64,000 nt of DNA from the NCBI GenBank assembly GCA_951406725.2, contig OX597829.1, positions 28,830,001 through 28,894,000 of the forward strand. The letters run 5' to 3'. The DNA comes from Octopus vulgaris (lineage: Eukaryota). Numbering within the stretch: position 1 is the first letter of the stretch; the number at the start of each line of letters is the position of its first letter. The notes under the pieces were generated by a model, which was given only the letters and a program-made list of their open reading frames with translations, did not search any database and was not told where the DNA came from. The translations under genes and the position numbers were made by a program. Positions 26,101 through 40,375 of the stretch are shown piece by piece.

Positions 26101-26636
26101 AAGCTTTGCTTTCAAAATACATGTAGCGAGGTGGATGTATATGCACATCTGCACATATGTATACACACACATGTATTTGTGTGTATGTACATAGCTATAT
26201 GCATACATATGTACTTAGATATAGAGAAGGGTGTATATGAACCTTTATAAGTATATATATGTACACATATACATGCATGTGTGTATGTGTGCATATATAT
26301 ATACTTACATACACATGTACACACATATGCATATACATACATGTACTCATACAAACATCCATATGTACATGAATACATAAGTATTGAGACATATAGCTTA
26401 GTGGATGTACATGATCATTTGTGTATATATATATATTCACATATACATGCATACATGCAGACATACATACCCCCCACACACACATGCATACACACATGCA
26501 CACTCACACACACACATACACACACACATACATACATGCACACTCACACACACATACATACATACATACATACATACATACATACATACATACATACATA
26601 CATACATACATACATACATACATACATACATACATA

Positions 26637-26955
26637 CTGCCTAAATACCAATCTTGAGAAATTAGGCTTCTCAAAACCAGAAAGGAGAAAGCTGATTCAA
26701 AGACTACAGATCCAATCCATTACTGGAACTGTAAAAATCTGTAAAACTTTCCAGAAGTTTATCATTTAAGTATATATGAGCATGTCTAGATATGCAAGTA
26801 TATGCATGAGAATACATACATAAAGCAAAACATACAATTCTGCACATATACATATATACAAAACTACCCTTGTTGTTGTTGATGTTGAAATTCCAATGAA
26901 GGAGCCTTGAATCTAGGTTAGAATCTGGCTCTTTCTACATTGGCAAGAAATCTTG
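26637..26955 (+). mobile_element. 3' terminus of the R4/Dong-like element in (CATA)n
   Basis: NLEKLGFSKPERRKLIQRLQIQSITGTVKICKTFQKFII* plus 3'UTR; second copy at 52435-52890. Confidence 0.85.
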
Positions 26956-27429
26956 AAAAAAAACAGAAAAATGATACACACTCATACACGCACACACACA
27001 CATATACACACATACACACACATGCATGCATACATGCATGCACACACACACACATATATACATACATACATACATACATACATACATACATACATACACA
27101 CGCGTACATATATAAACACATACTTTTATACATACATGATGATCATCCACTCATGACTGAAGAAAACCATTACTGACCTTTAGGAACATTGTGTGCACTC
27201 AAGACTACCGTCCGTATACTTTACATTTGCAGCTCAATTAGTGACTGATGAGCCATGTTCTTGACAAACATACATGACCACAAACATTGCAGACCAAGCT
27301 TTTCTCATTCACTACACTAACAGTTCGTTTTTGAGCAGCACGCCTAAATTCTTCATGAAGAATACATGTTCTTTCAAAGGTATTAATTCCCTCCTTTACC
27401 TGTTTCCTCCATCCATAGTGACGACAAGC

Positions 27430-27855
27430 ATTTCTCTCCTAATCAGCCGCCTGCATTTCACAGGCCTTTAATGAGGACTTTATACAGTCCTTAAATCACA
27501 GTCTTGGCTTCCATCAGGGGTCGCTTTCCACTAACAAGTTCCCCATATAGCATCTGCTTGGAGATCCTGCTATTATTCATTCTAACAAGGTGTCTTGTCC
27601 AATAAAACTTGTTTGTGCACCATCACCTCAATACTCAGGATATCAGCTTTCCTCAGGATCTGTGTATTTTGAGTTTTTAAGGTCCAGCCAACATTCAGAA
27701 TGTAACTCAGACATCTCTGATGGAAGCATTCAAGGAATTTAACATCATGTTTGTAAAGGGTCCATGTCTCACATGAGTAAAGGAGCATTGTCAGTATATA
27801 TGCACAGTATACAGCAATTTTTGTTCACTTTGTGATGCCATGTTGGGACCAGACA
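27430..27855 (-). mobile_element. RTE LINE 3' fragment
   Basis: LLYSCETWTLY...LECFHQRCL..IL.VGW...QMLYGEL. Confidence 0.85.
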
Positions 27856-30489
27856 CAAGACATATATACACACATACATGCATGCATAGGGATATACACT
27901 ATTTATCTACATGTTTGTCTGTCTGTCTGTCTAACTAAACCTATCTATCCATTAGTTTGTCTGTCTGTCTAATTATTTATCTACCTATCTATTATTTACA
28001 TATCTATCTATATGTCTGTCTATGTAGGTATCTGTTTCTCTGTGTATCTAACTATCGATCTCTCTTTCTCTCCATTTCCCTCTTTCTCCTTCAACATATA
28101 TATACTACATTAGTCACATATAATCTATCTTAATACAGGTGTCATAAAATGAGAACGTTCCAGTGGACAGATTTAAGGCACAACAACCTTTATACACACA
28201 ACCTCTTATACACACAAACATACATACATGAATATATGTGTGTATGTATGGCAGAGATGGCAGAGAAGTAGGAAAGGGTGGCATGTGCATGTATATTGTT
28301 CAACATGTGGGTGTGTAAATGCACTCATTTAGTTTTGCATGGCTATGTATACTGATGTGAGTGTGCGCATCTGTACATAGGTGCACACACACACACACAC
28401 ATGCTTGGTCAAACACACACATGCTCACATACACATGCATATGCATATATGCACACACATACATGAATGCACACACATGTGCTTTCATTCATATGTACAT
28501 ATGTATATTTGCATGCATGTACGCATGTATACTCAGGTATCACTAATATTCACTGTGGTTAGCTGGTATACAAAAGCAAGATTACATACCCTTTGAAATC
28601 AGTTTTGGAGATATATATATATATATATATAGTTATATATACATACATAAAAACCTCATTTAGTCATAACCAGGGAGACAAATATAATACATAAGAAATT
28701 TGTTATTTTACTTTTATAGGAAAAATTTTGCATTGGGTTGAAGCGGGGGGGGGGGGGGTGCAAAAATTTAGAATCCCAACAAGTATGCATGATTTTCTTT
28801 GTTCATATGTGTATGGTTCATATGTATGCGCATTGGCAACATTCGAGCAAGGTCATTGCCAGTGCCGCTGGACTGGCTCCTGTACAGGTGGCACATAAAA
28901 AGCACCATTTAAGCATGGCCTTGCCAGTACCGCCTGACTGGCCCTTGTGCCAGTGGCACGTAAAGGTACCCACTACACTCTTGGAGTGGATGGTGTTAGG
29001 GAGGGCATCCAGCTGTAGAATCTTTACCAGATGAGATTGGAGCCTGGTGCAGCCTACTGGCTTGCCAGTCCTCAGACAAACCATCCAGCCCATGCTAGCA
29101 TGAAAAACGGACGTTAAACGATGATGATGATGATGATGATTTAGGTAATTAGTCACTTAGCTTTAAACCCAACTGAAGAGTGTGTCTGCAGTTTGTCTCC
29201 TCTTTTCCAGTATCGTTGAAACAGTAAACATGCTGTCGTATTGTTACATACTTCTTCACAGAAACTCCTGCTTATATTTATGGTCGTCCTTAGAATGAAC
29301 AGACATATGTCTGCTAATTGATAAATGATTTCTATCTAATTATGATAGCAAAAAATACAACTGAGCCATCTGTTTTCCTTCTTGCTGATATTCTAAATTT
29401 TGGCATCTTCTACTTCAACCCAAAACAAATTTTTTACTTTTCTGTGAAATAACCAATTTGTTTATTATATTTTCACTTGGTTATGATAAAATGCCTGCTG
29501 AAATTATTATGTAATGTACATGACATAATGCACATGATTATATCATTATTATAGCATTGTTCTCCATCATGTCTATGCACATGATTTTTTTTATTGGTCA
29601 TTTACCAATTGCTGAAACAATTGTAAGCCATGAAATAAATCTAATGCTAGATATTCTGTTATTCATTTATTTTACACACACACACACACTAATATATAAA
29701 TGGGGCTTCTCTCAGTTTCCATCATTCAAATCTGCTCACAAGAACCATACGGTGGGACTGAATCTATGAGAAAAAAACACACAAAAACACCTACACACCC
29801 ACACCCACACACACATACACACACACACACACAGTCACAGAAATACACACACACACACACGTGCGCACATACGCAGTTACAGAAATACACACACACATAT
29901 GTATAGACACATACTCATACATAGAAACACTCACACAAATACATACTTACACACATACACATATACATTCACACATACACACATTCACACACATCTCTCT
30001 TTCTTGACTCTTCGTATTGTACTATTTTTTCACATTTCTTTTTTTTACAACAGCCCTGCAGTGAACTGAAATTTCCGCCTACATATCAAGCAACAAAGTT
30101 CAAACTAAGCATCATTCATATCAATCACATCAATCACATCGATCCCACCAACCACACCAATCACATCAATTTCATCAATCACATCAATCATATCGATCAA
30201 GGAATGTCTACAAAGTTCCTGTCCTCACTACCCTATCAATCTTTTACATGTTTCATTCTTGGGATCAGAGCCATGTTAGGGGATCATCTCAGAGAGTTTA
30301 GTCAATTAAATTGACTCCAGTATTTTTTTATAGTTTCATACTTATTTTTTTTGTTCTTTTAGTTGTTTTTTGCTGAACTGCTAAGTAATGGGGTCATAAA
30401 CAAACCAACACTGGTTGTCTTGCTAAGTGATAGGAGGACAGGATCTACATCTACATACACATGTATCTTATATATACTACTAAGATACA

Positions 30490-30797
30490 TCAGTTATGAC
30501 AACAAGAGCTTCAGTTGATCTGGTCAATAGAACAGCCGAGTCATGAAATTAAAACACACAAGTGGATGAGCCAGTTCATAGACATGCATACCCTTAATGT
30601 AGTTCTTAGGGAGATCTAGCGTGACACAGAATGTGACAAGGCCAGCCCTTTGAAATACAGGTGCAACTCATTTTTGCTAGTTCAGTGGACTGGAGAAATG
30701 TGAAATAAAGTGTCTTGCCAAAAGACACAATGCACAGCGGGGAATTGAACTCACAGCCTTACAATCATGAGCCAAATACCCTAACCACTAAACCACA
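30490..30797 (-). mobile_element. tRNA-derived SINE (Nin/Deu-like core)
   Basis: Minus head tggtttagtggttagggt...gagttcaattcc; core ctccagtccactgaac. Confidence 0.75.
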
Positions 30798-31085
30798 TTT
30801 AGAAGGGTTGGACAAAATAATGGAAACACCTTGCTAAAGGTTGACTTTGCCATTCATTCTTTTGGGGTTGATAAATTAAGTACCTGTGGAACACTGGGAT
30901 CAATGTAATCGACTGGTCCCCTTCCCAAAAATTTGGGTCAGGTGGAATTTCTTAAAGTAAATTTTCTACAGCTAGCTGTTTAGATGTCCTTCCTGTCACC
31001 AAATCTCATCTATGGAAGACTGGAAAACACACACACACACACACATGCACACACAAACACACAACCTTGCACACACACATACACA

Positions 31086-31500
31086 CAGGGTGCTTGGGCT
31101 AAATTTGACTATCTTTTATATCTTTTTTCAGGAACAGTTTGATGTATTGGTGAACATTGACCAGTATTGGGGAGAATAAAGATTAAATTTGTAGTTGAGA
31201 AAAAGTCTGCTGACATGGAGGACTGGAAGTCATTTGAATATTGAAAAAAAGTTACCTTTGTCATGATGATTTGAGCTGGCATCATGACTACTGTTCAATG
31301 CTCTGTGGTAAGATGTGATATAGATATCATGAAAACCAAGTTCCCCCAAACTGTGATGGTCTTTGGGTGTGTTCCCAGTGAGGGTGATGTTATGCCACCC
31401 AACATCTCCAAAAAGGTTGTTAGGCTCAATTCAGATGGCCATGTGAAACTGCTAGAAACTGTGATCAAACCCTGGCTAAATAAGGGTCCAGCTGGAAGAC
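31086..31500 (+). mobile_element. Tc1/mariner superfamily (maT-like) transposase fragment
   Basis: KFPQTVMVFGCV.SEGDVMPP...LNSDG.VKLLETVIKPW. Confidence 0.75.
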
Positions 31501-31756
31501 TATATTTATGTCATGCAGTGGAACTGAACCCGGAACCATGTGGTTGGGAAGCAAGCTTCTTACTGTACAGCCACTCATGTATATTTATATTTACAGTTGT
31601 TTCATAAATAAATATATATATATATATACACACATATATATAAACATGTGTGTATATGTATATATATATGTTTATATATATGTATATATATGTATATATA
31701 TGTATATGTATATATATACACACATATATATATATATTTATAGATGATGATATAAA

Positions 31757-31801
<45 letters not shown>

Positions 31802-31848
31802 TACTTAGGTATATGTATTACACACACACATATATACATATATATCTT

Positions 31849-31895
<47 letters not shown>

Positions 31896-32229
31896 GGAGA
31901 GAGAGAGGGAAAGAGTGGGAAAGAGAGTGGGAGGGAGAGGAAGGGGGAGAGATAGCATTTAATAAAACAAGTGTGGAAATATAATATTTCCGGTTAGATT
32001 TAATTTCATATTTACTTTCCACTTAGCATAATTATTAACCACAACTGTATAAGCTTTATACACTATTTTCTAATGAGCCACTACTGTTGTTGCTGTTGTT
32101 AGTCAGGGCGGCTTTGTTGTTGTCAAAAATCATCATCATCATCATAATTCCTGTCTTTGATCTAATTTACTTTCAATTATAGCCATAAATCATCACCATT
32201 ACCACAACTATCACCACCATTATTATGAT

Positions 32230-33100
32230 CAAGGGTGGACAATTTTCCCCAGAAATGGGTCTAAAGAAAGCTATCCTGAAAGGTCGGGCAGAAACAGCAA
32301 ATACATGCATTGCCTTCCTCATATATTATCGCCTGATTGTCATGCCTTGCCCCAGTTTATGTGTGACCAAACTGGAGTGTGTACTCTTCTGCTTTCTGTG
32401 GCCAGGTACTCTATTTGCTGTCAACACCTGCTGAATGGAAGACAGGGCATGCCATGGCTGCTGATGCGCAGACATGAGCTGAGACTGTGGCATTTCCAGT
32501 ACTTCCTAGACAGTGAGCAGATGTGGCTACCATTTGTCAGACACAATTTTCCACAGGTTGTCTCTCTGTCTGAACTGCAACCCTTGATCAAGCATAGACC
32601 AAGTCAGTGCACCTGGCACCTAGAGTGTGATCAGGTGCTCACTGTCTTCTGTCAGTCAGGCAATGTGGTCAGTGGAAGTTCCACTCAAGCGTTCTATAGA
32701 GGGTTAGTGGCGGGCAGGTGTAACAATGTTCTTGAGTAGACTCTAGGTGTCAGTAAGAATGATTTGGCTGGTCTGTTCCTGAGGACATTTGGGCTGGGTC
32801 CATGGATAACTTCCAGAAATCCCTGGCCTGGCAGTGTTACATGGAGGTGGGGCAGCATTGCTGAATTGTGAGTTTATGTCAAACACCTTCTGTCACATGT
32901 AGGATGGATCCATCTATCAGCTGAATCCACTATGAAGATTACCCCGCAGTCTTCCTTTGACCAGGAAGGGCAAGTAGAGTTTCTTTGTCTGGTGGCTTTA
33001 ATGGGACCATATTGAAAGGGCTGAAGACAGACACTTACCTCTTTTGTTTAGCCCTCATCAACTTTTTCAAGTTTCACTTATAAAGGAAAGTGAGGAAGAG
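32230..33100 (+). mobile_element. Tx1-clade LINE post-RT fragment
   Basis: CQHLLNGRQGMPWLLMRRHELRLWHF...WLPFVRHNFP. Confidence 0.65.
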
Positions 33101-33269
33101 AAGGAAGTGCTGTCTCCCAGTAATTTTGTTAAAAGATAGCTGAATGTACCACTCTATATGTATTGTATTGCCTTGTACTGTCCCCAAAACTCAGTGATTA
33201 AAAAAGGATTGTTATTATTGTTATTATTATTATCATTATTCTTATTTGATGAAAACGCTCAGCTTATTT

Positions 33270-34070
33270 TGTTGGGTATGACAGAAAGTGTCAGCTGTCT
33301 ACAGCCAGCAGACTGAGGTAACATTTGTTTACTGGTCATACTTCAAAAACCCTGTGAAGAGTTCTTGCAGTTCCAAGCAATGTTGATTTTTGTAGGTGTT
33401 CTATCCTTACATTTGTACCAATCTTTTTGAGCCATGTTGACAGTTGAGTACTGATACTTCTAAATGCACTAATGGTTATTAATATCATGTCTACTCTCCT
33501 CATTGACCACAGCTTTCATATTTCCCACTTCAAATCATCATAGTTGTTCAGTTTTTCTTCTTTTTTTTTTCTTCTGTTGTCACCGGGACATGCTATGTCA
33601 ATTATCATGCAAGTTCTTTCTTTTATATTCACCACAACAATGCCTGGTTTCCAATGTCTGGTCTGGTGATCACACTAAGCTTTGTTATTATTATTATTTT
33701 GGTTTGCCTCAGGTTCCTGGTAGGAATTATGTGAATAGTGAGTTACTACAAGTAACCTTAGGTATCCACGTGTTTTCAGCAGTCTTTCAAGTATCTAGAT
33801 CCCTCCTGATAATCCTTGCTGTCCCTAAGAGACAAACTTTCTCTAGGAGCTCTATCAGGCATTCTATTTCAATCTCCTTCAGCCATTTGTCTTATCTTGG
33901 CTAACTGTTCCCAACGCACCAATTATTATAGGCACAAACTTTACTGTTCACATGCTCCAAATTCTTCCTATTTGAAGCTTTAAGGGATTGTATTTTTTTG
34001 TTTTCCTTCCTTTTTCTTTATGATCTTGGTATCAAAGGGGCATGATGGGTTGATAAGTAAGCAACTTTGT
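33270..34070 (-). mobile_element. Two R4/Dong-like 3' ends (33270-33505, 33710-34070) in (TTA)n
   Basis: Minus-strand LQKSTLLGTARTLHRVF and FVPIIIGALG...KVCLLGTARIIRR termini, each next to (TAA)n. Confidence 0.75.
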
Positions 34071-34076
34071 TTTTCC

Positions 34077-34132
<56 letters not shown>

Positions 34133-34133
<1 letters not shown>

Positions 34134-35057
34134 GAGTGAGAGAGCAGTTCATGCCATCAAAGTGACACTGGGGTAAAATATACGAAGCCCAATATACCCA
34201 TCATGACTACTGGTCTGATAAGGGTACTCCAGGCACATGCATCACAACCATATGTGCGCGACATGGTGATCTCATATCAAGATAAACAGCACATGACCTT
34301 GCAGGTGGGGCCCAGTTAGAATTTTCTTTAGGTTGAGTAGCCCATCCTGCTCAAAAGGTCCCTGAATAAGGGTTGTTTAAGGATGTTGAAAGAACCACCC
34401 ATGTTTCCAGAGGTGAATTATTCAAACCCCAAAGAATCCCTCTCAACACATGGCTAGGATGCTCCCCCACTACTACTGCTCGTGATCAGAGATGCACATA
34501 TCGTCAGCCACTAAGGGACATGCTCAACTGGTTAAGGTCAAACAACTGACAAGCAAATCTGTGGTATTGAGCAGAATATTTGCTGTAGCCCATCTTTTAT
34601 ACCAAGACAAAACAATGTACATGATAACACTTCCAATCAGTTAAGATCAAAAGCCATATTATTATTATTGAGTGAGAGAGCAGTGCATGCCATCAAAGTG
34701 ACACTGGGGTAAAATATATGAAGCCCAGTATACCCATCATGACTAACCATCTGATAAGGGTACACCAGGCACATGCATCACAACCATAAGTGCGTGACAT
34801 GGTGATCTCACATCAAGATAAACAGCACATGACCTTGCAGGTGGGGCCCACTTAGAATTTTCTTCTGGTCGAGTATCCCATCCCGCTCAAAAGGTCCCTG
34901 AATAAGGATTGTTTAAGGATGTTGAACGAACCACCCATGTTTCCAAAGGTGAATTATCCAAACCTCTAAGAATTCCTCTCAACACATTGCTATGATGCTC
35001 CCCCACTACTTCTGCTCATGATCAGAGGTGCACATATCGTCAGTCACTAAGGGGCAT
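34133..35057 (-). mobile_element. Head-to-tail pair of a non-autonomous (TAA)n-associated retroelement (34133-34657 full, 34668-35057 truncated)
   Basis: Two closely similar copies separated by (ATT)n; no ORF. Confidence 0.8.
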
Positions 35058-35592
35058 CAGTAAAAATCAATCAATTTACTCCCACCCCAAAATTGCTGGC
35101 CTTGTGCCAAAATTTGAAATCATTATTATTATATTATGTTGTCTCTCTTCCTCACTTTCTCACTCTCTTTGTTTATCTCTCTGTTCCTTTACACCAATGA
35201 AATCATTTGAAGCTGGTATTTTGGATATATATATAATTCTCTTTTTTACTTGTTTGAGTCATTAGACTGCAGCCACTCTGAGGCACCACATTTAAGAATT
35301 CTTAGTTGAATGAATAATAATAATAATAATATTAGCCCAAAGGGTTTCTAATCCAATATTTGTGTGCTATTATTTATTGCTTTATCTGCTTCGAGATTCC
35401 CCAATCATAAAATTATTGTTATTATTATTGGGTTGTCCGGAAAGTTCATGCCGATTTATAGTATCTTACCTATCGACTTATTCTAGAATTTGGTTGAGTC
35501 CATAAAATAGGATTTGACTACACCTCCATTTAGATCACAGTTTAAGCTATCTTTTCGTGGAAGGTTTATGTTTCTATAACCTGTGTTATAGA

Positions 35593-35815
35593 GTCTCATA
35601 GGACCGGTTTCCTGGTTTGCAAGGCATATATGTTCCCCACCTGGACAGGACACTGGTCTGTTGCAGGATTACACATTTTTGCCAGTTGAGTGGACTAGAG
35701 CAATGTGAAATGAAGTGTTTGACTCAAGAACACAATGCATTGCCCAGTCCAGGAACTGAAATCACAATCTTACGATCACGAATTCAACACCTTAACCACT
35801 AAGTTACACACCTCT
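35593..35815 (-). mobile_element. tRNA SINE, same family as 7731-7970
   Basis: gagtggactagagcaatgtgaaatgaagtgt...aaccactaag. Confidence 0.8.
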
Positions 35816-36355
35816 GCATGCGAAGGGATTTGGCAGACAACAACAAGCAGCATACTTACATGTGTGCTCTTGACCTGATGTCACAGGAGTATCATTGTTG
35901 TACAGGTGATGTCATTTATTTCCAGTTTTTCATGGGAAACATGTTTGACCATGGGAAAGAAATATTACCTTGCATGGAAACAGGTGAAGATTGGCAACAG
36001 GAAAGGCACCCAGCCATGAAAAAATTTTGATTCAACAAATTCTATCAGTACTGTGCAAGCACGGAAATATAGACACTGAAACAATGACAAAGATGAAGGT
36101 TTATAACGTCCTGTTTTTGGTGAAGTCAAGTCTTTAGTATGACCATCCTCAGACTTGTCTCATGGTTAAGAAGCTTTCTTTGTGGTTTCTGCATGTTCTG
36201 GGAGTCTTTGACATTTGTCAACTGATCAAACCTGTGTCACAGAGATGGAGAACAGGGGAGAGAGAGAAATCAAAACTCAGCAAAGATATAATTTGTGTAC
36301 TTCTGGTCCTGTTTGTCCATTCTGTTTTTGTTATAGTGTTGCAAAATTCAGAATG

Positions 36356-36690
36356 TTACCCCTTCAGTTACCGTTTTTGTGAAAATACATTGCCTTTATT
36401 TCAATTAGTTTTGAAAATAATGAGGAGTTTAGTAAAATAATTTTGTCATTACAGATTTGGTTGTTTGGAATACAAGTTAACATGAAATTTTTATGGAAGT
36501 TTTTTTTTTTTTAGATCACTTTAACCCTTCTATTACCATATTTCTGTTTAAATACATTGCTTTTTTAAAAGTTTTATTTTGTACATAAGGGTTTAGTAAA
36601 ATAACTTTGTCATTATCAAACTGGTGTTTGGAACATAAATTTATATGAAATTTTGAAGGAAGGTTTTAATATAAAATTGTTTTAAAAACA
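36356..36690. repeat. Two tandem diverged MITE-like units (about 165 bp)
   Basis: ccctt...ttacc...aaatacattgc...tttagtaaaataa.tttgtcatta repeated; related fragment near 52900-53002 (-). Confidence 0.6.
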
Positions 36691-37263
36691 CAAGTACATT
36701 ATATATTTATATAGGTCTGAATTATGGTCACTGATCAGCATACCAATTTAGAATTCATGACAATTAGTATGTCAACAAATGTTTTTGGTACAAGTATTAA
36801 TTAGGTCTTGGATTAAAAAAATAAAATATAAAAAACACCAACCGATCGTGGTAGTTGCCAGCCTTCCCTGTCCCCTGTGCTGGTAGCACATAAAAAGTAC
36901 CAACCAATCATGGCCGTTGCCAGCCTCCTCTGGCCCTTGTGCCTGTGGCACATAAAAAGCACCCACTACACTCATGGAGTGGTTGGCGTTAGGAAGGGCA
37001 TCCAGCTGTAGAAACACTGCCAGATCCGACTGGAGCTTGGTGCAGCCTCCTGGCTTCCCAGACCCCGGTCAAATCAGCCAACCTATGCTAGCATGGAAAA
37101 CAGACGTTAAACGATGATGATGATGATGACACTTTACTAGCATTTTATTAGGTTCCATGTTCACATTCCATCATAGTTCACTTGAACCATCCATGCTTTC
37201 TAAGTTGCAAAGGGCAAAGGGCTGGGATGCTGATACAATTGAAATTAATTATATAGCTGAGGT

Positions 37264-37452
37264 CGATGGTATTGACTGGGTTCTCTCTCCACCAAATTTT
37301 AGGCATGGTATCTTCGTTAGAAACAATTTTTATTGTTATTGTTGCAATTATCATCATCATCATCACAATTGCAACAATACCAATTACAGTTGTTTCTAAC
37401 GAAGATACCATGCCTGAAATTTGGTGGAAAGAGAAGCTCGTCAATACCATCG
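37264..37452. repeat. Fold-back palindrome (arms about 86 bp, (ATC)n loop)
   Basis: cgatggtattgac...aggcatggtatcttcgttagaaacaa / ttgtttctaacgaagataccatgcct...gtcaataccatcg. Confidence 0.9.
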
Positions 37453-37823
37453 CTGATTAGTATTCTATTTAACTAATTTTTGAAAGGATGAGGGGCAAAG
37501 TCAACTTTGGTAGGTTTTGAACTCGGAATTTAATGAGCTTCATTATAAATACCATAAGACATTTTGCAGAATGCTTTAATTATACTGCCAACTCTACACC
37601 CTTTAACAATAAAACAATGTACATCATATTCTTGCTTTTGAAGGTTTTACTGAAAAAAAAAATCTGTAAAATAAAAAATTAAAATTAAAATTAAAAAAAA
37701 ATTAAAAATAAAGATAAAAATATAATATTGCCTCAAAAAATAGCATTTAAAGATGTAAACAAATGTATAAACAAGCAATTAAATGATAATGATGATCATG
37801 ATCATAATCATGATGATCAAGAT

Positions 37824-37867
<44 letters not shown>

Positions 37868-38023
37868 TGATGATGATGAGGATGATGATGATGAGGAGGA
37901 GGAGGATAATGATAGTAATGATAATAAGAACAACAACAAAAAGCAAAAATAATAGCAATAGTAATGGCAACAAAAACAATAATAATGCTAATGGTAAAAC
38001 TAAATATAGTAATAATAATAAGA

Positions 38024-38057
<34 letters not shown>

Positions 38058-39070
38058 GTTTTGGTGGTGGTGGAGGTGGTGGTGGTGGTGGTGGTGGTTT
38101 TGGTAGTGATGATGAAGATGATGATGATGATGATAAACAAAAAAATATTTTTTTAAAAATAATGGTGTAAAATTATTGTAAAATATTTTTACTACCAAAA
38201 TGGCATTATTATCTGACCTTGTTTTTTTGTTTCTTGTTTCGTTTTATTTTTCTTCTTTTCTTTTCTTTTTTTTTTTTTGCATTTTTGTTGTTGTTGTTGT
38301 TGTTATTTTATTGGCCCACTTTAATACCACCATTTACTTTTCCAGGATTGGTTATTTAGCAAACCATGTTGAGGTATCAGCATTGCAGGAAACAGGCTAG
38401 AAATTTACTCCTTAGCATTTCCTGTCTTATTTTGAACTATGAAGCTAGTCAACTAATATGCATGAATCTTTTTAACAAAGGCACAATGCCGGAAGTAGTT
38501 CTTGTTAGACAGATATCCTTTCCCTTGTTACTCTGATGTTTTACACTCCTCAAACATATTTAATTACCTAATTTGCTAAATAGGACTTAATGTCGCCTAT
38601 AGCTTCCATTATGTGGAAGATAATTCATACATACTGAACAAAATTATGGTCTTTATCTTGAAAATAAGATAACACACACACACATATGAATACCCATTAA
38701 CAAATTCCAATGTGAATATGTGCGTGTGTGTGTATACATATATATATATATATATATGAAATATACACATATTTTGTGTGTGTCTGTGTGTGTGATATGG
38801 TATGAATGTGTAAGTATATAAATGCATATGCATACATACATAAACATTATACACATACACACACACGCATATGTATGATGTATGTAAGAATGTGCGAGTA
38901 TGCTTTTGTAGTTTGTATATATACACCCCCACATCTACCCTTATACATTCATACAGACATACATACATATATATAAATATATATAATTGTACCTACTCAT
39001 ATCTACATATAAATATATATACATAATAAAGCACTGTTGTATTTGCAATCATAAGTACATCCATATATAG

Positions 39071-39117
<47 letters not shown>

Positions 39118-39135
39118 GATCATTAAATTTTGAGA

Positions 39136-39180
<45 letters not shown>

Positions 39181-39211
39181 CGCATACATACATACATACA
39201 TGTATATATAT

Positions 39212-39277
<66 letters not shown>

Positions 39278-40344
39278 GTGTGTGTGTGCATGTGCATGTT
39301 TGTGTTTGTGAATAAATTCTTATATACAGACACATCTCACATGCATGCATGCTTTTGCACACAAGTACATTATATATTTATATAGGTCTGAAAATGGTCA
39401 CTGATCAGTGTACCAATTTAGAATTTGTGACAATTAGTATGTCAACAAATGCTTTTGGTGCAAGTATTAGGTCTTTGGATTAAAAAAAAAAAATAAAATC
39501 TACACTATTTACTAGCATTTTATTAAGTTCCATGTTCAAATTCCATCATAGTTCATTTGAACCATCCATGCTTTCTAAGTTGCAAAGGGCAAAGGGCAGG
39601 GATGCTGATACAATTGAAATTAATTATATACTGTGAGTTATTTTAATTGACTTAGTAACCACATAATTTCCCTGGAAAAAAAGTAGCTGACCTTTTGCAG
39701 GTTGTCAATTGAAATCTGTAGAAAAAAAAAAGAAAAAGGAAAAAGAAAAAAAGAAACAAAAAGTAATTGCAAAAAATCTCGTTATGAATTACTGATTGGC
39801 CCCACTGTAAAACTATAACTGATGTAGCTATTGTTTACAAACCCATGATATTAGATAAATAAGAAAAATGAAATAAAGATATAAAAAAAAAATAAAGAAA
39901 AAATAAAGAGAAGAAAGAGAGGTCACTATTTGCATTTGTCTGTGAGGATTATGGTTTTAACATTAACTTGGTATTGGCACACTTCTGTGGTGTGGTCTGC
40001 AACAGTTGCATGTTTCAGAAAGTAAAAACAAAAATGTAAAAAAAAAAAAAAGGCAAAAGTCACTTCTGCATTTTTGCAAATACAAATTTAAGATGAATTT
40101 GTATGTATGTATGTATCTGTGTGTGTGTGTGTGAAGGATGCTGAAATGTTCTTGGCTTTGAATAAAGAAAACGGGATGATCAGTAAATTATGATTTCATT
40201 CAACATATTCCTCTCTCAGATTCACACTTTTCTTGCAGCAGTCTTCAGTTTTTCTAAGCCTTGCAAAAGAACTTGGAAGGTTGAGCCTCCAGCTAGGCCT
40301 TTCCCGATACCCTTAAAGCTAGGAACTTTTCAGCAACCCTTCGT

Positions 40345-40375
<31 letters not shown>

